From Octopus sinensis (Eukaryota), in assembly GCF_006345805.1 (NCBI RefSeq), contig NC_043014.1:15004001-15068000 (forward strand): a stretch of DNA of 64,000 nucleotides, in the 5' to 3' direction. Below are positions 12,990 to 27,455 of the stretch, piece by piece. The translations under genes were made by a program, and so were the position numbers. The notes under the pieces were generated by a model. The model was not told the origin of the DNA and made no database searches. It worked only from the letters and a program-made list of their open reading frames with translations. Position 1 is the stretch's first letter; the number at the start of each line of letters is the position of its first letter.

Positions 12990-14280
12990 CGTTTTTCAAG
13001 GGTCTGCAAATGAGATTTGAGCCCCACAAAAAATTATGCACAGTTGTGCTGCCCTTTGAATTCGCAGATGCATTTCTCTGTCCAGATTTCCAACATTTTG
13101 TACAGAGCTTCCAAAATAAATGAAAAAGTCAAGAACTTTAAGTAACTTACCCTTAACAAAAAATTTGGGGGGGTTGCAAACAGTACCATACACAGGTAGA
13201 TACATTACAACTGTTTTTATTCCAAGTTGATGGTCAAACCAAAATCATCACATGCTGAATCAAATGCAGATACAAGAGATTACAGACCTGTTTCAGAATA
13301 TGAATAGAAGCGGTGTCAGTCAAAAAGCAAATGTCCATTTGCTGTTCTCACTGGAGCTATTTGGGGCCCTATATCTCCTTAACATAAGAATACAAACCCT
13401 TGGCATCATTTCTGTCAGCTACTTCTTTCGTCCCTTTTGCTCTCCCATTCCACCATTCCTGTTTAATTTTCCTTAGAACAGTCTGCACTTTCCTTTTCAG
13501 CTTTCTGTAAGCTTCGCTTGAGTTGGGGTTCAAGGACCGAGAAAGAAGTGTATTGCCTAAGTTTTGTTTTCCTAAAAGTAGATCATGAATTTCTGGTGAT
13601 TTGTTTGAAAACTTTTCACTGGACTTACGCGATTTAAATCCCACTGAAGAACTTGCAGCCTGAAATATTTTTGTTTTGAAATCTTCCCATAGATTCTTTG
13701 GCCATGAAATGTGGTCATTTCCAACTCTTGCGTTGAAATCTCCCAGTATAACCAGCTTGTCAAAAATTGGTACTTTCCTCAACAGTTGTGCTAGATTATC
13801 ATAAAACTGTCCTACAGTTTCCTCAGAATGAGACGTTGTTGGTGCATAAATACTGACAACGATAAGAAACCTATCTTTTGTCAGTTTCATACGGCATGAC
13901 ATGGTTTGTTCAGATATATCACTTGGACATTCTGCAATCGAAGGCACTAATGAATTCTTGAGAGCAAATCCAACACCAAATTCTCTACGCTGACCCTCAG
14001 ATAAGCCTCTCAACAAGAAAGTATATCCATAAGTAGGTTCATTTATTTAACCCTCACCAGAGAGAGTTTCAGAGAGCGCAACCAATATCAAGGGAATATT
14101 TTTTAAGCTCACATACAATAAGTGCTGTACGCTTTTCTGGCCTCTTGTTGAAATTATTATCAAGAAGTGTGCGTACATTCCAACAACCAAAATTCAGAGG
14201 ATATTTTTTCTTCTTCTTGATGATTGTTTGACCACAGTGGCAGGATGACGACTGGGCCCAGCTTGTGACACACTGGAACA
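12990..14280 (-). mobile_element. RTE/BovB-like LINE, internally deleted and degenerate (APE endonuclease plus RT C-terminal piece)
   Basis: LNFGCWNVRTLLD..RPEKRTAL, GVGFALKNSL, VSIYAPT, KLVILGDFNARVG, then GLTINL..KTVVMY and YFGSSV...EMHLRIQRA. Confidence 0.85.
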
Positions 14281-14889
14281 CCTACCGAGCCAGACCCGTT
14301 CCCCTGACGTTCTCAAGCATGAAGAAAACAAAACAACACCCGGTTCGGGAATTGAAATCAAGATCTTGCGATCGAAAATGCAACACCTTAACCACTCTGT
14401 CATACGTATGTATGTTTAATTTTCATACATGATTACGTAGCCAGATTATTTAAGCAAGGTTTCACCAATTACTTAACGGCATTATAAGATACCTGGTTCT
14501 ATCACCAGTTGTTGGACTTGGTATCTTGTGGTGCAATTATTTTAATCTAATTATGTTATGAAACAAATTCTTTCTGCACGTTCGAATGACAGAAAAAAAA
14601 TATCTTTAAAGATTCAAAATGATTTGCTACCGAAGAACTACTGGAATTAGAGAAAAGAGAATTCGTGGTCACTTTCGTTAGTTCTACGTTCTACTGCCAA
14701 GCTACGTCAGAAAAATATAATAATGTAAATTATATAATATAATTATATATATATATAAGATATATATATATATATCTATAGATATATATATATATATATA
14801 TATAGGTACAACTCATTTTTGGTACTTGATTGGACTGGAGCAATCAACGTGAAATAGGTGTCTTGCTCATATATATATATATATTATAT

Positions 14890-14944
<55 letters not shown>

Positions 14945-15998
14945 TTGTTTGTGTGTGTTTGTGGTAAGTTGGCCCAAGAATAAGTACGACAACCGGTTGT
15001 TAATGAGCTGCAAAGCGAAGATAATCTTTTTATTTAATTCACTCGATGTTCTGCATGCAGGTCTTTTTACTTAATTCGCGAATGATCTACCTAATGATTC
15101 CATTAAAGAATACGCCGTGCGCAACATAGAGGAGAATAAATTTTCTCAATAAGTATCAGAAATAACTTATCTATCAAAAAATTGTTTGATAGTTCAACAC
15201 AAGTAGTCGGTGCATTTCAGAAGTTTTGAGATTTTTTAAGGAGAGGCAGTTATGACTGTCCGACATTATTGTAATTTTGGTATATCATATCTAATACTCT
15301 TTTACTCTTTTACTTGTTTCAGTCATTTGACTGCGGCCATGCTGGAGCACCGCCTTTAATCGAGCAACTCGACCAGGGACTTATTCTTTTGTAAGCCCAG
15401 TACTTATTCTATCGGTCTCTTTTGCCGAACCGCTAAGTAACGGGGACATAAACACACCAGCATCGGTTGTCAAGCAATTCTAGGGGGACAAACACAGATG
15501 CACAAACACACACGCATATATATATATACATATATACGACGGGCTTCTTTCAGTTTCCGTCTACCAAATCCACTCACAAGGCTTTGGTCGGCCCGAGACT
15601 ATAGTAGAAGACACTTGCCCAAGATGCCACGCAGTGGGACTGAACCCGGAACCATGTGGTTGGTAAACAAGCTACTTACCACACAGCCACTCCTGCGCCT
15701 ATAATTTGACTCGCCAAATTTTTTTTTATTCTTCCAGATTGAAGGAGACAACTGTAACAAACACTGCTTCCCACAAATGACTGGTTTACTCTTTTACTCG
15801 TTTCAGTCATTTGACTACGGCCATGCTGGAGCACCGCCTTTTAGTCGAGCAAATCGACCCCAGGACTTATTCTTTGTAAGCCCAGTACTTATTCTGTCGG
15901 TCTATTTTTGCCGAACCGCTAAAGTAACGGGGACGTAAATACACCAGCATCGGTTGTCAAGCGTTTTTGGGGGACAACACAGACACACAAACATACAG

Positions 15999-16030
<32 letters not shown>

Positions 16031-16068
16031 TATATTATATATATAATATATATGTATATATATATATA

Positions 16069-16138
<70 letters not shown>

Positions 16139-16317
16139 TACGACGGGCTTCTTTCAGTTTTCTGTCTCCCAAATCCACTCACAAAGCTTTGGTCGGCCCG
16201 AGGCTATTGTAGAAGACAGTTGCCCAAGGTTCCGCGCAGTGGGACTGAACCCGGAACCATGTGGTTGGTAAGCAAACTACTTACACAGCCACTCCTACGC
16301 CTTGTATAAAATAATGT

Positions 16318-16834
16318 TTGTATAAAAGAATGCAGCCGGGTCGTTTGGTAGCTCGTTATGCAATAAAATGTTATACTAAGCTGGGCATAAACGCTAGAGA
16401 AACAAATAGAATATTCCAGACTACTTATGGATTAACTTGCTTAAGCCGAGCATCTGTTTTCCGCTGGTGCAAGAAGTTCAAGGACAGTAGAGAGGAGGTG
16501 AAAGTGCGAGGGACAATGGAACGTTAGAACATCAGAGCTAGTAAAGAAAAAAATTCGCAGTTTTCTAAATGAAGGCTGTCCTATATCTATACTCTTTTTA
16601 CTCTTTTACTTGTTTCAGTCATTTGACTGTGGCCATGCTGGAGCACCGCCTTTTAGTCGAGCAAATCGCCCCCAGGACTTATTCTTTGTAAGCCTAGTAC
16701 TTATACTATCGGTCTCTTTTTTGCCGAACCGCTAAGTTACGGGGACATAAACACACCAACATCAGTTGTCAAGCGATGTTAGAGGGGGGACAAACACAGA
16801 TACACAAACATATACACATACATACATACATACA

Positions 16835-16919
<85 letters not shown>

Positions 16920-17580
16920 CATATACATACTCATACATACATACATACATATATACGACGGGCTTCTTTCAGTTTCCGTCTACCAAATCCACTCACAAGG
17001 CTTTGGTCGGCCCGAGGCTATAGTAGAAGACACTTGCCCATGGTGCTACGCAGTGGGACTGAACCCGGAACTATGTGGTTGGTAAGCAAGCTACTTACCA
17101 CGCAGCCACTCCTACGCCTATACAGACAATAATCATACAGTCTGGAACTGATGTGGCAACTGTACACAGAATTATTCAAGAAAGTCTGAACATATGCAAA
17201 ATTTCTTCAAGTTTGCTCCCAGGGTTCTCAGTGAAGAGCATCCTGGTAACCAACTATTTGACAGAGAAGTGCATCCAAACTATCTCGCACCCTCCGTATA
17301 GTCTAGACTTTTCCCCCTGCGACTTTTGCTTGTTCCCCAAGTTGAAGGAGAGACTCAGGGTCCGTTGTTTTCAAGAAAAAGAATTCTGTGGTAAGGTTCC
17401 TGGACATCACTTTGAAGGACTTTCATGAGGCCTTCACAAAGTAGCTGGAACTCTACAACAAGTGCAATTGTGTCAGAGGTTGCTACTTTGAAGGAGATTA
17501 GAGTTTCGTGTTTCGTTGAAATTAATAATAAACATCTCACCTGAAAAAGTCTTAAAACTTCTAGAATGCATCTTGTAACA
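16318..17580 (+). mobile_element. Mariner transposase remnant split by a family-1 SINE (16590-17120)
   Basis: N-terminal part YAIKCYTKLG..ARET..LSRASVFRWCKKFKDSRE; C-terminal part TISHPPYSLDFSPCDFCLFPKLKERLR. An ITR-like end aaacttctagaatgcatcttgta lies at about 17555-17577. Confidence 0.8.
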
Positions 17581-18358
17581 AGCAAGCTTCAAAGACAGAA
17601 GTAAGACATAGCTTATATATCACCAAACTGCTGATACTTACTGTAAGTTAAATCATTAAAAGAATAAACTTCAACGCTAAAGAATTAGTTCTTGGACATA
17701 AGAAGTGTTTTTAGATCAAAGATTAGCTACAGCTAAAGAACACAAGTGTATCTCCCAATTCACCACTCTTGTAGCCTTAGACAATGCTTATTCACCATTC
17801 CGTGTATTTTTATAAGTTCAGACTCCCTTCGTCATGACTGACCATGGGATTGCACCTAGAAAGTTACCCTCCCAGACACAAGCCCGGGCAAGGTTGTTTA
17901 TGGGAGACCAGCAGTCGCCCATGCATACCGGCCTCCCTTCTCCATGCCACCAGTGTTATCCAAGGGAAAGGCAAAGGCTGATACAACTTTGCACCTGTGG
18001 CGTCGCAACTCATTTCTACAGCTGAGTTAACTGGAGCAACGTGAAATGAAGTGTCTTGCTCAAGAACACAACACGCAGCCCAGTCCAGAATCCGAAATCA
18101 CAACCTCACGATCGTAAGCTCGACGCTCTAACTGAACCATGCGCCTTCACATTTTTTTATAAGTACCTGTGCATTATATAGCTCGTAGGTTGTAGTCTCT
18201 ACGCTGAATCCGTCTTTTTGACAGCTCTTGTTTGTGTCATGTTGGATTTCTAGCGAACTTCCGTTGCACCAAATTAGCCTGATAAGGTTGGTGAGGGTGG
18301 TGAGGGTGGTGCTGAATCAGTCATTGATGACACAACGATCCATTTACGCGCACATATT

Positions 18359-18419
<61 letters not shown>

Positions 18420-18448
18420 TTATATACGTACGCACACATCTCTCTCTC

Positions 18449-18498
<50 letters not shown>

Positions 18499-19094
18499 TA
18501 TACTAGCTGGAAAAATCACAAAAACATAAAAAATGTAATCATCTGTAAACAGTGTATTGGTGCTCTGAGAAATGTTTGCATATTATGACAGTCTGTCTTT
18601 ACGTTCTAAGTTCAAATTCTGCTGAGGTCGACTTTACCTTTCGTCCTTTCGGGGTCGATAAATTAAGTACCAGTTGTCTACTGGGGTCGATCTAATCAAC
18701 TGACCCTCTGCCCACAAACATTTTAGGCCTAGAAAAGTTTATTGTGACAGTTACAGAATATAGAAAGTAATGTAACACCAATGATTATATAATCCAACCA
18801 AAATATCTCATTTACACAAACGTAAATGGAATTAGTATTTAACCTTAAAATACATTGTACATATTCAAAGAACCTTCTTGGTTTAGCGGTACGGAAAGTT
18901 TTTCTGGTATTCTTTTACTTGTTTCAGTCATTTGACGGTGACCATGCTGGAGCACCACCCTTTAGAAGAAATTTATCCCGGGACGTATTCCCTGTAAACC
19001 AGGTGCTTATTCTATCAGTCTCTTCTGCTGAACAGTTAAACTACAGGGACGCAAACGCACCAACATCGGTTGTCAAGCAATGGTGGTAGGACAA

Positions 19095-19132
<38 letters not shown>

Positions 19133-19299
19133 GACGGGTTTGGAGGTAGTGGTGATGCTGGCTGGTGTGATTTTGTGGTTTGCTGGTATGCCGACAGAGA
19201 TCCAGCGGATTCCCCGATCTTAAAAGTGTAATGTGGATGTGTAATGATGGAGCGGCTGGTGTGGTGGTGATGCTAGCTGGTGCGGTGGTCTTCCTCACA

Positions 19300-19720
19300 G
19301 TACTTCATGGTAGACAATATTTTGTGTGTATGTCACACCACGCTTTTGGCCTTGTCTGTTATCCCAATTGAGTGTCATAACTCTTACTTTGATATTGTTC
19401 ATAGCTCATTCTCCTGAAAATGCGACACATAATTGGCCATGAGAAAATACCGGTTGAGGCAAATGTATTCCAACTTTTTCAAACGTTTGCACTTGAGCCT
19501 TATTAATCGTTATTGAATATGCAAGTCGAAGTGGAAACTGAAGTCTGTTTAGTATGAATGGAATATTTGCATCACTTGGGCTAAGTTTAATTCTGGGAAT
19601 TAGAACTGTACGACTTCTGTTGGAGCCTGTTACCAATGATGCCTCTACACAATGTTCATGGAGTCTTTGCACTTTCATGCGAGTTCCATTACATAATCCT
19701 TGACTGCTCGAAATACGTTC
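19300..19720 (-). mobile_element. Helitron Rep/Hel C-terminal (PIF1 helicase) fragment
   Basis: GLCNGTRMKV...VLIPRIKLSPSDANIPFILNRLQFPLRLAYSITINKAQVQTFEKVGIHLPQPVFSHGQL, then TQNIVYHEVL*. Confidence 0.9.
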
Positions 19721-20316
19721 ATACAACACATATATATATATATTATATATATATATAATATATATATATATATGATATATGTCTCGATTTGTAGTTGTAA
19801 TTCAAAGGGACCAGCCTTGTCATATCTGTTTGAGGCTGAATCTCCCTGAGAACTACGTTAATGTTATGCATGCCTGTGGAGTACTCAGCCATTTGTGAGT
19901 TAATTTTATCCTCGTGTGGTAATGAGAAGTGAAATTGACAGCCAATATTTGCTGTGTGTATGTATCTATGAACTTTTCTTTGGGTTTATGTATCTACTGT
20001 CTCTCTCATTTTATCTCTTTCTCTTTCATTTCCTTTGTGTCACTCTTCTCTCCCGCTTTTGATTTAACAATGTGTATATGCATTTATGTAACTACTTCTC
20101 TTGCGATGTGATAAACATTTAAAAACACAAAACGAATACGCCGTCACTACTCCCTGTCTCTCTCACTCTCTCTCTCTCTCTCTCTCTCTCACTCTTTCTC
20201 TTACTTCCTCTCTGTCCACCTCTCTCTCGCTTTGCCACTTCAGAGAAGTAGGTGTGACGCACACAACAGGTACGTACAAAAACAAAAAGTTAGCGTATTG
20301 ATATTATTGATATATA

Positions 20317-20377
<61 letters not shown>

Positions 20378-20592
20378 GCACACACACATACATTCATACA
20401 TACAATATACATATGCACACGCTCGCGCGTGAGCATGTTCGTGCATATGCGTTCGTCGTTATGGATTTGAAAGGGCGCTCATCGCGATAACTGCTGAAAA
20501 CGATGTCTCACTGCTACACAATCTGCAATATAGGTTCTGTTTGTATGTGTATATATATATATGAAGATGATGATAGTTTGAAATCGTGTGTT

Positions 20593-20601
20593 ACTTACCT
20601 T
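20593..20601 (-). promoter_or_regulatory. 5' splice donor of the RGK exon
   Basis: Minus strand reads GAAG|GTAAGT (intron starts at 20598). The ORF's terminal K-stop is intronic read-through. Confidence 0.85.
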
Positions 20602-22459
20602 CATATGATTCTGTACTTTTCCATCCCATGTACTCTGAGGTCATCATTTGCTGAATAATGGCCGCCTTGCCGACGCTAGGTGCTCCTAGGACCAGCACCT
20701 TATAAGCTTGTGCTGATGTCAATGAAGAAGTACTATTAGAGCCGGAAGGGTAGTCGCTAACACTGTTATTTGGAGATATCCAGCTGTAATTGGTCACCAA
20801 AGAATCGCCACGATTCACTAATCCCTTGGATGTTGTCGTGAAAGATCGCATCCGATAAGCGGCTGTCGGTGAGCACTGGCCGCAATTGTCGGTTTCATTC
20901 GAGTAAGGTATGTCATCTGAATCCCGCACGAAAAGATCGTCTGTATATTCCCCTGACCAAGGTGGCGGTCCGAGGAGTTGTGGTTTTCGCCAAGTGTTCT
21001 TTGTGGGCATGGAACTTGTCCGCGGACGCATTTCGTCTTGTAAATCTTGATCAACTCTGTTCTTGTATCGGCGCACTGACGCTGATCGGGGTTTCGGTGG
21101 GGCCGAATAAAGCATATTCAATCCTGCGGGCGTTGATGACGGTGATAGGGTATTGGAAAGAGTTTTGCTATTTGCGGCCCATTGGTAAACGTCCGAATTC
21201 GCGAATTCATCAGAGGCAACAGTATTGATGGCCGGTGAGGAAAAGGACGAGGTAGGGGGTGGGGAAGTGATGAACGAAAACGTCGTGGATGGGTTGATTG
21301 TCAAGTGGTTTGAAGGTGAAAGTAGTTGGTGCTGTTGTTTTTGCTGTGTTTGTTGCTGACCATTAGGCGGGGGTGGCGGCAACGCCGGGACATAATAACC
21401 GGACGCTGCTGCAGACACAGAGGTTGTTGTTGTTGTAGTTGCTGCTGTTGTTCCGATGGGAATGAAAGATGTCTCAAATGCCGGTTCGGTTGACACTGAC
21501 AAGGATGGCAGGTCGAGGCACATATTGGCAAAGTTCGCATCTAGCGAGCAGCCGAACGGTGAATCATTATCGAAACCGGACGGATCGGCCTGCTGAAGTA
21601 CTCGGGACGGCACAACTGGAGGGGGCAAGATTTGCATCGTCTCCCCGCTACTGGTGCATACGACGGCCGGGACTAAAGTCCTGGACGGGGCTATACTTCC
21701 GAACGGGACACTTCCGAAAGGATCATTTTCAACGGGAGCCGTCGTCGACTGGAATCCCGACAGTATGTTTTGCTGTTGCTGTTGTTGTTGTTGTTGTTGT
21801 TGTTGTTGCTGTTGCTGTTGTTGTTGTTGTTGTTCTTGTGATAATGGTGGTTGTGGTGGTGGTAGACGTGGTGGTAAAGGAGGAGGTGGTGGTGGTATTT
21901 GCGGTGGGGGTTGTTCTGGTGTGAGCTGTGACGGTGGCTGTTGAGGTACAGGCGGCGGTGGTGGTGGCAGTAACGGTGGCGGTGGTAGTTGAGGTGGTGG
22001 TTGTTGTGGCGGTGGCGGTGGCGGTGGTGGTGGTGGTGGTTGTTGTTGTTGTTGTTGCTGTGGTAGTGGGGGTGGCGGGGGTGGTAGTTGCGGTGGTGGT
22101 GGAGGTGGTATTGGCGGTGGTGGTTGTTGTTGTTGTTGTAGTGGTAGCGGCGGTGGCGGTTGCTGTGGTGGGGGCAACGAGCGTGAAGGTTCCTCTTCTT
22201 CACTGAAATCTATTGGAAACCTTTTTGTAGTTGAACTGCTTTGACTTGGAACTTTTTCTTGCTGCTGTTCTTGTTCTTGTTGTTGTTCTTGTTGTTGTTG
22301 GGGTTTGAAAGCGGCCTCGATGTCCATCATTTTCGTGGATGCAACAACGTAGGACCAGTCGGGCGAATCGTCAATGGAGTTGCTGGACAAATGGCTGACA
22401 GTGCCGAGAACCTGTAGACGTGGCACTTGAAACGACGAAGACTCCCTCTGCTGGGACAT
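20599..22459 (-). CDS. First coding exon of an RGK-family (Rad/Rem/Gem/Kir-like) Ras-superfamily GTP-binding protein with a long poly-Q/poly-P N-terminus; partial, continues in downstream exons
   Basis: About 620 uninterrupted codons. The C-terminal part reads YRMRSFTTTSKGLVNRGDS...YKVLVLGAPSVGKAAIIQQMMTSEYMG, matching the invertebrate RGK pre-G-domain motif and the G1 box/MTSEY segment as I recall them. First in-frame ATG is at 22459, with in-frame TAA/TGA upstream in the same exon. Ends at a canonical donor GAAG|GTAAGT (phase 1). Confidence 0.85.
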
Positions 22460-22558
22460 GCTCAACGCACGAAATGGTTTCCACGGCAACAGCGGACGAA
22501 GGCAGCAAAAAGTCTGTTATCCTGGTCATTAATAGTTCAAAACGGACTTGCAAAAATA

Positions 22559-22575
22559 CCTGAAGAAATAAAACA
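22559..22575 (-). promoter_or_regulatory. 3' splice acceptor of the RGK exon (about 100 nt of 5'UTR precede the ATG)
   Basis: Minus strand reads TGTTTTATTTCTTCAG|G, a polypyrimidine tract plus CAG; the exon starts at 22559. Confidence 0.7.
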
Positions 22576-23714
22576 CACACACATCCATATATATATTATT
22601 TATATTATATTATATTATATTATATTATATCATATTATATTATATTATATCATATTATATTATATTATATTATATTATTTTACATTATAAGATATTATAT
22701 TATATTATATATTATTTTATTTTAAGCAGGAGTGGCTGTGTGGTAAGTAGCTTGCTTACCAACCACATGCTTCCGGGTTTATTCCCACTGCGTGACACCT
22801 TGGGCAAGTGTCTTCTACTATAGCTTCCGGCCGACCAAAGCCTTGTGAGTGGATTTGGTAGACGGAAACTGAAAGAAGCTCATTGTATATATGTATATAT
22901 ATATATATATATGCGTGTGTGTGTTTGTGTGTCTGTGTTTGTCCCCCTAGCATTGCTTGACAACCGATGCTGGTGTGTTTATGTCCCCGTTACTTAGCGG
23001 TTCGGCAAAAGAGACCGATAGAATAAGTACTAGGCTTACAAAAGAATAAGTCCCGGGGTCGAGTTGCTCGATTAGAGGCGGTGCTCCAGCATGGTCACAG
23101 TCAAATGACTGAAACAAGTAAAAGAGCAAAAGAGTAATAATAAATCTTGACGTATATTATTTTATTTTACATTATAATATATTATATTATATTTTATTAT
23201 ATTATATTACATTATAATATATATTATGTATTATGTATTATACATACAGACAGACAGATAGATAGATATACGATATTATATATTATATTACATGTATGTA
23301 TTGTATGTATGTATGTATGTATGTAGTGTGTATGTACATATTTATCAGTATGTATAATTGTGTATGTGTCTGTATGTAGATGTATGAGTCTGTGGGAGGG
23401 AAAATAGAGCTTTAAAATTGATTTGGTAAATTAGCTGAATGTAGAAAAAGGAAGGAAAAAAACATGAGTTTGATTGACTGTTTTAAAAATTACCAGGTGA
23501 CATGAATACGGAAACGGGAAACAGAAAGAGAGGGAGAAGGAAGTGGGAGGGAGATAGGATACAAAAAGAGAGGGGAAGGGGAGAGGCAGGGAGAAGGAGA
23601 GACAGCGAGGGGGGAGAAGAGAGAGAGCGGAATGTGAAGGGAAAAGAAAGGGAAAACAGAACGGGAAAGAGATGAAAGGAAAATGTAAAGAACTTATGTT
23701 TGAATTACGTTTAC

Positions 23715-24532
<818 letters not shown>

Positions 24533-24533
<1 letters not shown>

Positions 24534-24905
24534 AGTTTCTTTATTGCCACACAGGGCTGCACACAGATGGGACGAATTACAAGGTAAGCTTTTCTTTTGG
24601 GGTGAAAAAAAACAAAAAAAAAAAAACAGAAAACAAAAAAAAAAGTGGCGTAGGTTTTTCGATCAAAAGGGATCGTGAAAGGGAAAAAAGAAAAAAAAAG
24701 GAGAAAAAAGAAACAAAAGAAAAGAAAAAAGAAAAAGGAAGAAAAAAGAGGAAAAAGGGGAAGAGGAAAAAAAAAGAAAAAAACGATCAATAGGGATCGT
24801 GTATCACAGTGTCATGATGTACGGTGTAAAGGGGGGAAGCAGATGAGGTTTATCCGTGGGAAGAAAAGCCTACGAAATAGACCACGGTAACCTCGGTCAA
24901 TATTG
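24533..24905 (-). mobile_element. Unclassified retroelement 3' end (second copy at 46932-47185), abutting a (TATC)n array
   Basis: Both copies share gatcaatagggatcgtgtatcacag and gaaaagcctacg..a..ccacgg.aacct blocks and the same terminal ...agccc.gtgg.caataaagaa. Confidence 0.6.
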
Positions 24906-25008
24906 TTATATGTTACCACATTTGTTTGCAAGTGGGTAAACCCTCTGTTTTCAATTTCTGGGTTCATAGGATTATGCTCAAGGTGGGTTCGTCATTCATA
25001 CGTGCCAT

Positions 25009-25042
<34 letters not shown>

Positions 25043-25318
25043 GGATGGATGGATGGATGGATGGATGGATGGATGGACGGACGGACGGACGGACGGATGG
25101 ATGGATCGATGGATGGATGGATAACTTGAAAGTTGCTTTATCGTTTTAGTGTGGAGCAAAGGTAGTTAGTGTCCGTGACCTTTTCCAGGGTTTCCGTGAC
25201 TTGTGAGAGGAAGGGAGATCTGGCCCGAATGCTCGTAACAAAGTAGACGAGTGGACTACGCTAAAGACAGCCGAGGTGTCCTGCGGTGGTGTCAATATGA
25301 ATGAGTGAGTGAGTGAGT

Positions 25319-25400
<82 letters not shown>

Positions 25401-25555
25401 CTGATGGATAGGTTGACAAAAAGAGAGACTGACAAAAAGACTACCTAACAGAGGGACAAACAGATACACACACAGACGAACCGACGGACGGATGGACAGA
25501 CGGCTGGACGGACGGATTAGTGGATGGATGGATGGACAATCAGACAGGTACATGG

Positions 25556-25675
<120 letters not shown>

Positions 25676-26406
25676 CAGGCAGGTAAGTAGGTATGTAGTT
25701 AGGTAGGTAGGTAGGTAGGTAGTAGGTAGGTAGATAGGTAGGTAGATAACCGTAAGAAACGGCGAAAGAAAATAGTTGCAAAAGATTTTTTTTTTAAGTA
25801 ATTAAAATAAAAAGAGCTACAAAAATGAGCGAAAGACGAAAGAAGATGTCTTAGTGCATGAAGTAAATCTCTTGCGCCTGTAGCGGACTCTTTATGCAAC
25901 TTAATAGTGAGGAAGGAATGAATGAAATGAAAAGAGAGAGAGAGCGAGAGGGCAAGTGTGTGTGAATGATAGAGAGAAAGAAAAAGAGAGTGTGAATGAG
26001 AGGGTGAGAGAGAGAAAGAGGGAAAGAATGAGAGAGAAGAGCTCTGTATACAGGTAACAGCGGAGAGACGAAAACCGGCTTAGACTGCTGACAACTAAAC
26101 AAGCAGAAGGGAGAGACTAAAATATTTCAAACATAAATATGTGCGTGTGTTACGTTTGTTAGTATTAGTGTGTGTGTGTGTGTGTATTAGTGTGTGTGTG
26201 CATAGGTGTGTGTGTGCGTGTGTGTATTGGTGTGGTGTGTGTGTGTGTGTGTGTGTGTGCATTTAGAATTCCTTTCTTCGCTACTCGGAGTTTCGAGTTA
26301 CCGCTATGCTCTTCAATATAAATAAATATATATAGAAACTCTATGGATAATCATTTTCCTCTCTTTTCATACATACAACACACACACCACACACACACAC
26401 ACACAC

Positions 26407-26456
<50 letters not shown>

Positions 26457-26607
26457 ATGTATGTAGTATAATCATGTCCATATATCTATATATGTATGTA
26501 CGCCATGTATGTATATATATATATATATATGTATATATATGTGTATATATCCATATATATATATATCGTATATGCATATACATACATATGAGTATATATA
26601 CATATAA

Positions 26608-26650
<43 letters not shown>

Positions 26651-27066
26651 TATATATATACATATGCATATACATCAACAAATACACTCATATACACACA
26701 CGTATATATATGCACATATACATGCAGATACATAACATACACATCATATATATGTATCGTATATATTAAATATCGACACTACCTATATTTACATACACAT
26801 AAACACACATAAAGCATGTGCGTGTGTGTGTGTATCTGCTGGTGACTAGCTTTCAGAGTAATTCTGTTTCGATTCTCGGCTGTCATGTTTACAATTAGCG
26901 AAACATCTCGGTTCTAGGCAGACACACGCAAGACAGATAAGCGGAAAGACAGACAGAGGTACCAAAAGACAAGCAAGAAGCAGAAAGTAAATTAGAATTA
27001 TATATATTATATATAACTTATATATATATATATATATAATATATATATATATATTATATATATATA

Positions 27067-27105
<39 letters not shown>

Positions 27106-27415
27106 TATATAATTATATATAGACTTATATATATATATAATATATTATATATGTATATACGTATGTGTGTGTGTACATTACCGGAGTTGGACGAATCGCC
27201 TTGGTGTCGAACATTCTACGCAAAGACAGGAAGAGGGTCGAACTCTCTTATGTAACAATTCCAGTTGATGTCCAGTCGACGGCAAGAAAACATCGCGGCA
27301 TTTCGTTCACCATGCCATTTAAAATAACGCAACGAAACGCTACGCAACACCAGTTCGCTCTAGATACACATGGCTACCATACCTGCTTGCTCAACACACT
27401 TTACATGTATGTACG

Positions 27416-27455
<40 letters not shown>

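Noticed and set aside
19300-19720. Helitron capture of, or contribution to, the RGK gene
   Set aside because: The fragment is on the same strand about 900 bp from the donor, but it is truncated, lacks termini and shows no RGK-derived sequence.
21469-22206. Overlapping alternative-frame and antisense ORFs within the RGK exon
   Set aside because: Shadows of the CAA/CCA repeat-rich real CDS.
26280-26320. Hammerhead-like motif on the minus strand (UUGAAGA...GAAACUCCGAGUA)
   Set aside because: Stem I cannot form and stem II is only 3 bp; at most a decayed PLE repeat.
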